Below, in pieces: positions 19,179 through 28,766 of a DNA stretch of 64,000 nt. The notes below the pieces were generated by a model. That model saw only the letters and a list, made by a program, of their open reading frames with translations, did not search any database and was not told where the DNA came from. Numbering within the stretch: the first letter of the stretch is position 1; each line of letters starts with the position of its first letter. Location of the stretch: the NCBI GenBank assembly GCA_048887225.1, contig JBHLJY010000007.1:32001-96000 (forward strand), read 5' to 3'. The position numbers and the translations under genes were made by a program. Source of the stretch: Candidatus Hodarchaeota archaeon. GTDB taxonomy: Archaea > Asgardarchaeota > Lokiarchaeia > Sigyniarchaeales > SOKP01.

Positions 19179-20078
19179 ATTAGCAAAAAAAATGAAGATC
19201 TTTTAAAAAAGGATCAGAATCAAGGCATTGAATCTAGTTTTTATTATGCCTTAAGTCACGACATTCGCAGAAAAATTATCAAAATCATTGGTGATGATAG
19301 ATTTTCGTCATTTACGAATCTCAAAAAAATTTTAAAAGTAAGTACTGGTACGATTTATCATCATCTAGATTCATTATCTCAATTGATTGAACAGAAAGAG
19401 GACAAAAAGTATTATTTGACTGACTTAGGAATGTACGCATATAATTCTTTAAAAGAAAATATTGAGATAATAGAATCGCCAGATATTTCAAAACGGGAAT
19501 TTAATTCGCCTTTTTTGAGATTTTTAATGTTTTTAACTCCTAAAAAATTTATTTCATTTGAAGAAAAAGATAAAGTTTATAATTCCATAGTTTCTCTTAG
19601 TATTTTAATGATAGGCGCGATACTTTGTGGATTAAACGCATTTTACACATTTTTTATATTTCATATAGAAACTACAGAAGATATTTATAAGTTAGAAATT
19701 ATTTCTCACGTATATTTTTCTATATTATATATACTTAATTTCATAATTTCTTTTTTGCTCGTAGAAGGAAGTTGTCGTTTATTTTACAAGAAAAAAGAGA
19801 GAACCCTCGATTTCCTCTTTACCTTACCGATTATATTTTATCCGATGGTAATTTACTTATTAATACATTTCATTTTATTATCTTCAGAATTACTTATTAA
19901 AATAACATTTTTCCGTATTATAGATGTCTTTCTACTCATTTTTTTTCAAGTTTTATCCCTGTGGTTGTTAACCTATAGTATTAGTGTGAATAAAGGATTA
20001 AAAATCGAAAATGGATTAATAGTTTCTTTATTTCTACATTGGGGTAGTTTTACAATTGTTTTGTTTTTACTTATTTGA
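19179..20078 (+). CDS. ArsR-type wHTH fused to a multi-TM (Yip1-like) domain; start upstream of the ORF-track call
   Basis: In-frame extension YALSHDIRRKII...SFTNLKKILKVSTGTIYHHLDSL followed by YYLTDLG; probable ATT start at 19179 (or 19176). Confidence 0.75.
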   Translation: MSKKNEDLLKKDQNQGIESSFYYALSHDIRRKIIKIIGDDRFSSFTNLKKILKVSTGTIYHHLDSLSQLIEQKEDKKYYLTDLGMYAYNSLKENIEIIESPDISKREFNSPFLRFLMFLTPKKFISFEEKDKVYNSIVSLSILMIGAILCGLNAFYTFFIFHIETTEDIYKLEIISHVYFSILYILNFIISFLLVEGSCRLFYKKKERTLDFLFTLPIIFYPMVIYLLIHFILLSSELLIKITFFRIIDVFLLIFFQVLSLWLLTYSISVNKGLKIENGLIVSLFLHWGSFTIVLFLLI

Positions 20079-20083
20079 ATGTT

Positions 20084-21385
20084 TCATAAATTAATTGAAT
20101 AAAAATCTAATTTTTTGAAGGTTTCCATAATTTTAGTCAATCTTATTCGTGAAGATTCGTAATTTTTCTCTTTTGTAGCTATAAAACATGAATATCGAAT
20201 ATTTCTATTTTGATTTGAGTTATTAAACGAAATTGGGGGAGTAACAAGTTCAGGTATTTCTTTAACCAATTTAGGGATTATTTCTTCCTTAATTTCAATA
20301 GCAGTTTTATTACCATTATAATCCAATTCTATTCTTGAAAATTGTGAAAAATTCCTAAAATGTATTTCAGAGGAACTCAAAGACTTCATTTTAGTATCCC
20401 AGATTAATTCAGCGAGATTCTTATCAACAATATTTCTTATTCCAATATACGAGGTAGTTAATCTTGGATTTATTTCTATGAAATATATTGATTTATCTTT
20501 TTTTCTTATAAAATCAATTCCGTAGTAGCTTGAAAATTTTGAAAGATCCATATTTTCTAAAATTTTGACTAAATTTTTTGTTATTTCTTCATAATTTTCT
20601 GCGGGAGTGGTTCCACCGAGATATTCAGATTCCCCGTTATGATTCTTTATATTAAGATTTTGAGTGTTAACACTTAAAATAATTGGGTTACTCGAAGTTC
20701 CTATCAACGATACACTCAAATCTCTCCCCTCTATAAATTCTTGGAGAATATAATTTCTATTAATATCAAGTTTTTCAGTTAGATCTTTAAAAAACTCTCT
20801 TATTTGTTTTTCATTTTCAAAATAAAAGATATTCCCCGCTCCTACACCATCTTCTGGTTTAATTATTACTGGACAAGTTAATTGATTAAATTTTTGAATA
20901 ATAGAGTTTGCATTAAAATTTTGTTTTTTTCTAGAAATCAGAAATGATAGTGGAGTATTTGCCTTAAAAGTTTTAAAAAATTCATATGTATCTAATTTAT
21001 AAGTGCCTAAAGTTATACCATCTAAATCCTCGCTTAAAATTTCCTTATTATTATTTTTTACGATTTTAGTAAGTTTATAAAGAATATCTGAAAATTCTGG
21101 AGCAATGAGAAAGCAAAATTCGCAATTTTTAACTTCCTTTTCAAACTTTACGAGATAATCATCATTTGCATTAACTTGTTTTATAATATCAGCTTGTAAA
21201 AATTTCTTGTAAGAGATTCCTCTATAATCTAAAAGTATGCTAATTTCAAAATCTAATGATTTAAAATCCTCTATGATTGATCTTAACATCCCAAATCCTT
21301 CGCAAAATAACGAAGTAGGGATGTTAACTTGATTAAATCCACCACCTGAGGCAAATTCAAATAAAAAGATTTTTTTTTTACTCAT
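20084..21385 (-). CDS. ATP-grasp ligase (tyramine-L-glutamate ligase MfnD-like)
   Basis: FEFASGG, EGFGML, IAPE, IIKPEDGVG, QEFIEG, YGIDF, IEINPRLTTSY. Confidence 0.8.
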   Translation of the reverse strand: MSKKKIFLFEFASGGGFNQVNIPTSLFCEGFGMLRSIIEDFKSLDFEISILLDYRGISYKKFLQADIIKQVNANDDYLVKFEKEVKNCEFCFLIAPEFSDILYKLTKIVKNNNKEILSEDLDGITLGTYKLDTYEFFKTFKANTPLSFLISRKKQNFNANSIIQKFNQLTCPVIIKPEDGVGAGNIFYFENEKQIREFFKDLTEKLDINRNYILQEFIEGRDLSVSLIGTSSNPIILSVNTQNLNIKNHNGESEYLGGTTPAENYEEITKNLVKILENMDLSKFSSYYGIDFIRKKDKSIYFIEINPRLTTSYIGIRNIVDKNLAELIWDTKMKSLSSSEIHFRNFSQFSRIELDYNGNKTAIEIKEEIIPKLVKEIPELVTPPISFNNSNQNRNIRYSCFIATKEKNYESSRIRLTKIMETFKKLDFYSINL

Positions 21386-21518
21386 ATCACTTATTATAAT
21401 TTCATTTTTCTGATTTTTAAAGATGAGTCTTTCATACAGTTTATTTAATTAAGTTTAAAAAAAAATGATGAATATCTTATTTAACTCAAATTTAATAAAA
21501 AAACTTTAAGGTTATAAT

Positions 21519-22757
21519 ATGTCATCTTTTTTTCCAGAAGAGACAATGCAGAGAATAAGATTTCTGCATTATAAAATTAAACAACTAGGAGACGCTTTAG
21601 AAAACGACGAAGATTTTAGCTTAGACGATCTTAACTTAGTTTTTGAATATACAATGATTTTAAATGTAATTTATAAAAAAGAAGATCACAAAAAGATTTT
21701 AAAAGAATTAGATATAATTCCATCTTTTCATGATCCTATCGAGGACAAAGAGATAGAAATAAATGATTTGATTTTTGAATGCGCTCGTGCTTTATGGATA
21801 TTGGCAAGAGCTTATTCAAAACTTTCAGATAATTTTGAGGATGAGGAAGATTTTGAGAATGCTATAATTGCAATGGTAGAATGTAGCAAGATTTACAAAG
21901 CAGCGGCCTATTTCAGCGCAGCCGCTATTAATCAAAAAGAAAAAAGCAGTACGCTACTCCCTGATAATTTAGAATTAACTTCTGAAGAAGCTCGCGGGTT
22001 GGCTCAAAGTATTGCTGCCGCAAAGGAAGAAGATAATAATAATTTATATTTTTCCTCAAAATTGTATTCAGGACTCTCATTACTATCAAAAAGATTATTT
22101 TACCTAAAAAAACACAATGAAATAAAAAAACAACAAATAAGAGCCCAATTTCATTATGATATGGGGAAAGCGTGTCACCTAAAAGCCCGTGCATCCTTAG
22201 AATCTTCGATAACAGATATTAATCTAGAAAAAGTAAAGAAATTAAAACAAAAAGCTCAATTTTACTATTTAAAGGCTAAAGATATCTGGGAAAATATGCT
22301 TAACAATTTAAAGGATCTTACAAAAAAGGAAGAAGAGAATTTAGATAACAACATATCTGTAGTTAAGGAGCATCTAAATGAAATCGATGAAGAGATTTTA
22401 GATTACGAAGAGATAAAGAGAATTCAGGATCCTGAGCCAGTTATAGTAGTTCCTGAAAATTTAGCGCCTTTTGTACCGAAATCGACAGTATATTTAACTA
22501 AATTCGTACCGAAAGATTTAAATGTAAAAAGATTTAAGAATTTCCAACGCAAGAAATTGGAACAAAAAATACCTTATAGTAGAAAAGAGAAACTAATAGA
22601 TAAAAAGGCAGGAATCGTTAGAACCTTAAATGAATTAAAACAATTGAAGGATAATAAGGAGATCGCCATAGAGAAATTCGCTGAACTTATGGAAAAATAC
22701 TCTACAAAACTTAAAATGGTAGATACGGCTATAGAAAAACTAAATTCTAAGTCTTAA
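21519..22757 (+). CDS. Hypothetical all-helical (TPR-like) protein
   Basis: 412-aa ORF with Ala/Tyr-patterned amphipathic helices; AAGGT SD. Confidence 0.6.
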   Translation: MSSFFPEETMQRIRFLHYKIKQLGDALENDEDFSLDDLNLVFEYTMILNVIYKKEDHKKILKELDIIPSFHDPIEDKEIEINDLIFECARALWILARAYSKLSDNFEDEEDFENAIIAMVECSKIYKAAAYFSAAAINQKEKSSTLLPDNLELTSEEARGLAQSIAAAKEEDNNNLYFSSKLYSGLSLLSKRLFYLKKHNEIKKQQIRAQFHYDMGKACHLKARASLESSITDINLEKVKKLKQKAQFYYLKAKDIWENMLNNLKDLTKKEEENLDNNISVVKEHLNEIDEEILDYEEIKRIQDPEPVIVVPENLAPFVPKSTVYLTKFVPKDLNVKRFKNFQRKKLEQKIPYSRKEKLIDKKAGIVRTLNELKQLKDNKEIAIEKFAELMEKYSTKLKMVDTAIEKLNSKS

Positions 22758-22823
22758 TTTTTTCTGAAAACTTTAATTTTTTAAATTATTTTCATTTTTA
22801 TTTTAAGAACTCTTTATTTAATC

Positions 22824-23093
22824 ATGTCTGATCAATTGGCATTATTAAAAAATATAAAAAGCATATTATCGGATTTAGTTTATATTAATGGAGTAATCGC
22901 AACAGAAATAATAAGAATTACAGAAAATACTGCTGTTATTCGCCGTGGAGAAGAATTCCTGAATAAAAGTACATGTATTCAAGAACATAATCAACTAAAT
23001 AAACGAATTATAGATATAGTAAAAAAAAACTGTCTTAATTTAGAAGACACCACAAGTTTAAAAAATCATGTTTTAAAACACGGAGACCAATAA
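22824..23093 (+). CDS. Hypothetical protein
   Basis: 89-aa ATG ORF, co-oriented with neighbours. Confidence 0.6.
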   Translation: MSDQLALLKNIKSILSDLVYINGVIATEIIRITENTAVIRRGEEFLNKSTCIQEHNQLNKRIIDIVKKNCLNLEDTTSLKNHVLKHGDQ

Positions 23094-23161
23094 AAATAAT
23101 TCAATTTAAAGCATTTAATTTAAAAGAATAAAAACAATTTAAATTAGCTTAGGGTAATATA

Positions 23162-23884
23162 ATGGATAAGATTAATATAGAAAATATTAATATTCCAATA
23201 AAAAAGGATAACATTTGCCTTAAGGGGTCTATATATTTTTCTTCAAATACTCCCACTAAGGCTCCTTGGATTATAGTTTTAGCTGGTTTATTATATCACA
23301 GAGGTAGTAAATTCGTCAAATCCTACATTGAAAGATTTGCTTACGCAGGATATTATGTTTTATCTTATGATTATCGTGGTCATGGTGAAACCGTTAAAGA
23401 AACGGGAAAATTTAAATATATTGAAATGATACCAAAAATTTATTTGGATATTCATGAAGCTATAAGTTGGATATTAGATAAACAATCTAATAGGATTTTG
23501 AACGACAAAATTGTATTATTTGGAAGAAGTGTAGGAGGAGCAATTATATTAACTAATGGTTTTATAGATGAAAGAGCGAAAATCTTAATTCCTCTTTGTA
23601 CAAGATATGACTATGCATCTATTGGAATTAAATACCCTCAAAATCTAATTGAAAAAATTAGTCCTAAGTATTTTTTAAAAGAAGATCCGTCAAATAATCA
23701 TAGAATTTTAATAGGGCATTGCAAAGATGATCAGAGAATGCCTTTTGAAAATGTTATACAAATAAAAGAGCATCTTGCTTTAAGTGATGAAAATGTTATG
23801 ATATTTGATGAAGGGGGACATTCCTTCAAAGGACATCGAGAGGAAGTATTTGAACGCTCTATCAATTTTTTAAAAAAATTATAA
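23162..23884 (+). CDS. Alpha/beta hydrolase
   Basis: YDYRGHGE, GRSVGG nucleophile elbow, catalytic D and GGH. Confidence 0.88.
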   Translation: MDKINIENINIPIKKDNICLKGSIYFSSNTPTKAPWIIVLAGLLYHRGSKFVKSYIERFAYAGYYVLSYDYRGHGETVKETGKFKYIEMIPKIYLDIHEAISWILDKQSNRILNDKIVLFGRSVGGAIILTNGFIDERAKILIPLCTRYDYASIGIKYPQNLIEKISPKYFLKEDPSNNHRILIGHCKDDQRMPFENVIQIKEHLALSDENVMIFDEGGHSFKGHREEVFERSINFLKKL

Positions 23885-23933
23885 GAAAAGAATTAATAAA
23901 TTAAATATCAAATTATAAAAAAGTGTAAATTTA

Positions 23934-24836
23934 ATGGACAAAATTCTGATTGTAGGACCTGCATCTCAAATTCTTGGGGTAAAAATCGCTCAAGAATTAG
24001 GCATCGAAAGCCTGAATACTGAATTTAAAACTTTCCCCGACGGAGAAAACTATTTAAGAATCAATATTGAAGATGAAACAGAAATAAAAGGAAAAGAAGT
24101 TATAATTGTTCAATCATCTGGACCAAGTTCTAGTGGTAATCAAAATACCAGATTATTTGAACTTTTTATGATGATAGACTCCGTAAAGCGCATTGGAGCA
24201 GCAAAAATCATTGTAGTAATCCCTTATTTTGCTTATGGTCGTCAAGATAAAATATTTAGACCCGGTGAGAGCCAATTTGCTAATCTAATTATAAGAATTA
24301 TAGATTCTATGGGCATCGATGAACTTTATATAGTGGATATTCATGCTCCAGAAGTTTTAGAAGAAACTTTTTGCAAAACTATAAATATTGATTCCATGAA
24401 AGTATTAGCTGATTATATTAAGTCAAAAGGTGCTAAAGATATTGTAGTTGTCGCTCCAGATAAAGGTGCTGTCGAAAGATCGAAAGCTTTTGCGAAATAT
24501 TTTGGAAAAAATGTGCCTGTAGATTGTTTTGAAAAGAAAAGAGATTTTAAAACAGGTGAAATAACAATGTCGGGTAATTTAAGTCTTGAAGATAAAGATG
24601 TAGTAATTTCTGATGATATTATTGCAACAGGCGGTACTATGGCCACAGCAATAAAATTGTCTAAAGAAAGTGGAGCAAATAAAATCTATGCTGTTGCTAC
24701 TCACGCATTGTTATTACAAAATGCAAAATATAGGATATTGAATGCGGGTGCAGATGAAATAATTGGGACAGATTCTATAGATAACGAAGCTGCCAAAGTT
24801 TCATTAGCAAAAACAATCGCAAACTTCCTAATATAA
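23934..24836 (+). CDS. prs: Ribose-phosphate pyrophosphokinase
   Basis: FPDGE, PYFAYGRQDK, VDIHA, APDKGA, DDIIATGGT. Confidence 0.95.
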   Translation: MDKILIVGPASQILGVKIAQELGIESLNTEFKTFPDGENYLRINIEDETEIKGKEVIIVQSSGPSSSGNQNTRLFELFMMIDSVKRIGAAKIIVVIPYFAYGRQDKIFRPGESQFANLIIRIIDSMGIDELYIVDIHAPEVLEETFCKTINIDSMKVLADYIKSKGAKDIVVVAPDKGAVERSKAFAKYFGKNVPVDCFEKKRDFKTGEITMSGNLSLEDKDVVISDDIIATGGTMATAIKLSKESGANKIYAVATHALLLQNAKYRILNAGADEIIGTDSIDNEAAKVSLAKTIANFLI

Positions 24837-24848
24837 GAACTAAAATGA

Positions 24849-25391
24849 TTAATAATTATTTATTATTCCCAAAACTATTCTTCTGGTTTTGTTTTTTAAA
24901 TCCTCAATAGTAGAGCTATTTTCTATTTTATATTCAGCTTTCTTAATAACATCCTTTAATCCGAAATGAATTTCCCTTTTGTCCCTTTCTCTTAATTCAC
25001 TAATAGTCTTAGGATCATCGCGACGTCCTCTTTCATAAAGTCTTTTGAATCGTATATTTTCATCAATAACCGTTGCTATTAAAGGGAATTTCCAACTCTT
25101 TCTAAATATATTTATTTCTGCGATTGATCTCACACCATCTACAAAGATAACATCGCACTTTAAATTATTAATTAATTCAACGCACATTTTAGCAATAATT
25201 TCTTGTCCACCTTCGTTTCTTAAATTATTTGCAATCTTTCCTAAATTTACGTCTGTAGGTTCGATACCCCTTATTTTTGCTTCGTTCCGTATTACATCTC
25301 CCATTGTGATTATTGTCCCTAAATCGCTTATTGCTTCCATTGCAGTTGATTTACCGGAACCAGGAAGACCACAGAATCCTATTACTTTCAA
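24849..25391 (-). CDS. Archaeal dephospho-CoA kinase-like P-loop kinase (UPF0200)
   Basis: GLPGSGKS, MGDVIR, DGVRS, RGRRDD, RDKRE. Confidence 0.8.
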   Translation of the reverse strand: MKVIGFCGLPGSGKSTAMEAISDLGTIITMGDVIRNEAKIRGIEPTDVNLGKIANNLRNEGGQEIIAKMCVELINNLKCDVIFVDGVRSIAEINIFRKSWKFPLIATVIDENIRFKRLYERGRRDDPKTISELRERDKREIHFGLKDVIKKAEYKIENSSTIEDLKNKTRRIVLGIINNY

Positions 25392-25498
25392 TTTGGTAAA
25401 ATTAAATTTTTAAATATAATTTATATATTAAGTTTATATTTAAATTCTATATAGTCTTAATGAAGAAATGATTAAAAACCGTATAAAAAAATTCATTT

Positions 25499-26611
25499 AT
25501 GAATGTAGATCCAATTTCAGATCCTATTTCTGCTCCTGTTTTTCTTTCATATAAAGCATATAGGAGAATCGTTGGATATGCAACTAGGTATGCTAATAAT
25601 CATATTGATGAGAAAGACTGGAAGGAAGTTTATGGAATATTAATAGGATCCGTAGAAAAAAATAAAAAAGTAGTTATAAAAGACGCCGTTCCTGTTTGTA
25701 CTGGTTTGAGAACAGGAGTAGAATTAGAACCTATACATTATGTAGATTTATCACAAATTGATGCCTCTTTATATGAAAGATTTATTAAAAATAAAACAAC
25801 AGATTTTTTTATCGGATGGTGGCATTCACATCCAGGATTAGGTTTTTTCTTTTCAGAAATAGATTGCAAGACGCATTTAGGATATCAAGATAAAAATCCT
25901 TTCGCTATTGGTTTAGTTTTTGACCATACTAAGATGAGTCCAAATTCTTTGGGTATAGCTGCTTTAAGATTAGATAATCCAGAAAAAGGTATATTTAGTA
26001 AATATGTATTAGTAAAATTAAATTATAAGGGAAAAAAAAAAGCTATAAATCAAAAGATAAAAAAATTAAGAGGTGCTATTCAAAACAACATAAAGATGGT
26101 GCTTAAAGAACTCGATTATATAGATGATATTTTAGTAAGAAGGGAATTAATCAATCTACAGAAAAATTATGGGTTAATTCTAGTTTCAAAAGACAACAAT
26201 TTAGATATTAAAAAGCAAGACAAGGGTAAAATACAGGATGAGAATAAACTATATGTAGGACAGCCAAAAGATTATAAGAAGTCTTATAAAATACCAAGAT
26301 TTAGAAACGAGATCGAAGGAGATTTATTAATGTATTCAACAATTTTAAAACATTTTTCAGAAAGGGGAAATACAATAAAATTTGAAAAGAAATTGACTAA
26401 GTATAAAAAAAAATTAAGAAAAAGGTTAAAAAAACCTAATCAATGGTATAACCGGTTAATGAATGATTTTACAAAAAGAATTGAGATTATAAATCCCTAT
26501 AAAGATTATTTAGACACCAATGAAAGAAAGATCATAGAAGTTTTTAAAAAAACCATAACAGAATATTATAAAATCTTAAATAATCTAAACAAAAAAGCAG
26601 AGTTAAATTAA
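25499..26611 (+). CDS. JAB1/MPN (JAMM) metalloprotease domain with a helical C-terminus
   Basis: KEVYGILIG and IGWWHSHPGLGFFFSEID: intact E-HxH-S-D motif. Confidence 0.88.
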   Translation: MNVDPISDPISAPVFLSYKAYRRIVGYATRYANNHIDEKDWKEVYGILIGSVEKNKKVVIKDAVPVCTGLRTGVELEPIHYVDLSQIDASLYERFIKNKTTDFFIGWWHSHPGLGFFFSEIDCKTHLGYQDKNPFAIGLVFDHTKMSPNSLGIAALRLDNPEKGIFSKYVLVKLNYKGKKKAINQKIKKLRGAIQNNIKMVLKELDYIDDILVRRELINLQKNYGLILVSKDNNLDIKKQDKGKIQDENKLYVGQPKDYKKSYKIPRFRNEIEGDLLMYSTILKHFSERGNTIKFEKKLTKYKKKLRKRLKKPNQWYNRLMNDFTKRIEIINPYKDYLDTNERKIIEVFKKTITEYYKILNNLNKKAELN

Positions 26612-26625
26612 AATGCCTAGTTAAT

Positions 26626-26698
26626 GCAATATAGAAATTTATCAGATGTGCTTTATTGAGAGATAATAAAAACTGTCTGATTTTAGTATTTGCTTTTT
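26626..26698 (+). terminator. Stem-loop followed by an oligo-T tract downstream of the MPN gene
   Basis: ATCAGATG (26641-48) / TGTCTGAT (26674-81), inner TTTATT/AATAAA, outer GCAA/TTGC, then T5. Confidence 0.4.
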
Positions 26699-26825
26699 AA
26701 TACATTTAAATATTTAAAAACTAATAACAAATTAAGAAGTTTTAAAAAATTTTATATTCATAAAAATATACTATTTATTGTATAACTTCTTTTTAATCAA
26801 CAACGTAAAATTTTTATGGTTTTAT

Positions 26826-27143
26826 ATGGCTAACGCAAATACGATTTTTATTAAAAATCGACGAGATAAAAGTAAGATCATTAAAGACGCGATTTTTGCT
26901 TTCTCTGGTGGGCGAAAATCTATTTTAATCAAAGGTGAAGGTGAAGAAATATCAACTGCGGTTGAAATTGCCGAGATTCTAAAAAATCGATTATATCCTG
27001 GTATAGAAATAGAAAATGTGTCTTTGGGAAGTCGTCCCTTTTATGAACGCAAGCATAGAGGCTATAATTATAGAAATAAATCTAATCAAAATAAAAAAGA
27101 TATAATTTCTAAAATCGAAATTTTACTTAAAACTAAATCTTAA
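26826..27143 (+). CDS. Divergent Alba-family nucleic-acid-binding protein
   Basis: NTIFI...ILIKGEGEEISTAVEIAEILKNR...IENVSLGS...ISKIEILL matches the Alba pattern; ATG at 26826. Confidence 0.8.
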   Translation: MANANTIFIKNRRDKSKIIKDAIFAFSGGRKSILIKGEGEEISTAVEIAEILKNRLYPGIEIENVSLGSRPFYERKHRGYNYRNKSNQNKKDIISKIEILLKTKS

Positions 27144-27182
27144 ATGTAATTCTATGACATTTAAAAAATTTTGTTGTGATTT

Positions 27183-27356
27183 ATGACAATTGGCTTTAAG
27201 AATTTAGGACCTATGATTAAGGAGTTAAGATTACCTGTTGTATGTGAAAAATGTGGTAATTATATATATAAGATGTGGTTTTACGATGAAAATTCTAAAC
27301 ATAAGGAAAAAATCGTTTTTGTTTGTAAAAACTGCCATAATAATTCAAAAAAATAG
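27183..27356 (+). CDS. 57-aa zinc-finger microprotein (below the ORF-track cutoff)
   Basis: MTIGFKNLGPMIKELRLPVVCEKCGNYIYKMWFYDENSKHKEKIVFVCKNCHNNSKK; two CxxC motifs. Confidence 0.7.
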   Translation: MTIGFKNLGPMIKELRLPVVCEKCGNYIYKMWFYDENSKHKEKIVFVCKNCHNNSKK

Positions 27357-27362
27357 GAAATT

Positions 27363-28214
27363 CTAAATTTTATAGTTATTAGTTTTATCCAATTTTTTAG
27401 CTACTTTTTTCTGTTTTTTGTTTTCTAAGTACTTGTTCCAATCGAAAGCAAAGATAATGTACATCATAGTTAACGTCACTAACAGCATTATACTTTCAGT
27501 AACAACGCTTTGGATGTCGTCAGAATTAACCCCAAATGCAGAAAAACCTAATAATAATAGAATGGGGAGTAAAACATAAAAAATGGTAGTAATATTTTTT
27601 CCTAACCACCCAGATATTAAACATTTTGAAAAATTAAACTCTTTTTTTTCCAACATTCCTAAAGCTATCCATAATGGATCATCAGGAATAGGTAAGGCAG
27701 CAGCAAGAAATATATATAAATACGTGCGATTGGGGTGATCAAGAATTAATTTACCAAAACCTTTGACATTTTCAAGGGTTCTAGAATCTTTGCTTTCTGT
27801 AAATTTTCTTGCGCCTCTTCCCAGTAAGAAACTAGTAAGTTCACCTAACGCGCAACCTAGACCAGCAGCAATTGCAATCCCTATGATCTCGAACCAGAAG
27901 GGTGCTGTCAATAATATTTCTTCCATTCTTAACCCATTATTCCTATATCTTAAATAAATAGAATTAGATAAAGAAAATAGTACAAAAGGGAAAGGTATTG
28001 GAAATCCTATACTTGCACTTCCAATGAAACAGATAATGAGCGAAATTAAAAGCGCCCATAAATAATTTGGTCCTTTAGTAAGATTTGCAATTTCTTGCCT
28101 TCCTTTTATTATGGTGTTTTGAATATCTGGCACTAGAAAAAATAATACAAGATAAATTACTACTGCTAAATAAAAGAATGTAAAAACAATAGTTAAATTC
28201 TTTCCTATCCCCAT
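27363..28214 (-). CDS. DedA/VTT (SNARE-associated) family membrane protein
   Basis: IGFPIPF, GLGCALGELTSFLLGRG, AALPIPDDPLWIALG. Confidence 0.8.
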   Translation of the reverse strand: MGIGKNLTIVFTFFYLAVVIYLVLFFLVPDIQNTIIKGRQEIANLTKGPNYLWALLISLIICFIGSASIGFPIPFPFVLFSLSNSIYLRYRNNGLRMEEILLTAPFWFEIIGIAIAAGLGCALGELTSFLLGRGARKFTESKDSRTLENVKGFGKLILDHPNRTYLYIFLAAALPIPDDPLWIALGMLEKKEFNFSKCLISGWLGKNITTIFYVLLPILLLLGFSAFGVNSDDIQSVVTESIMLLVTLTMMYIIFAFDWNKYLENKKQKKVAKKLDKTNNYKI

Positions 28215-28250
28215 TCTTAGAATTAACTCTTTTATTTTTTATCTTAGTTT

Positions 28251-28640
28251 TTATTTGATCTTAAATATTTTGGTGTTCAATCCATTCCTTGCGTACAAAA
28301 TTTCTTCAGTAATAATAACTTTACCAACTTTATTTACCTTATTTGGCATTTCAAGATTTTCAATAACTATAATCAATTCATCTGTTTTCGGATTATAAAC
28401 CAAATCGCCTTTTTCAACATCTTTGATAGATTTTGGATTTATACCTTCTCTTAAACCCAAACCAGGAAGCGTCCAATATTTCTTCGATCCAAAACTAAAA
28501 CGTCCTCTTAGTACAAATGGCATCTTATCAAGTATTGCATCAGCAGAAATCGGAGCAAAAATACGGTCAATATAACCGTTTAAAGGTGTTATCCCGAAAA
28601 TTTCAATCTTGATAGGGATATCTCCACCTGATTCTGACAT
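28251..28640 (-). CDS. Cyclophilin-like fold protein (DUF369/TM1367 type)
   Basis: APISADAILDKMPF, VEKGDLVYNP, VNKVGKV. Confidence 0.75.
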   Translation of the reverse strand: MSESGGDIPIKIEIFGITPLNGYIDRIFAPISADAILDKMPFVLRGRFSFGSKKYWTLPGLGLREGINPKSIKDVEKGDLVYNPKTDELIIVIENLEMPNKVNKVGKVIITEEILYARNGLNTKIFKIK

Positions 28641-28766
28641 ATTCTATAAATAAAGTAAATAAATATTTATATTATTTCAAAAAAGTAAAATTTTTAAATG
28701 TTTTATTTTAGCGAGGAATTTTGTATAATAGGAAGATTTAAATAACTAAAAAAAGATACTATATGT

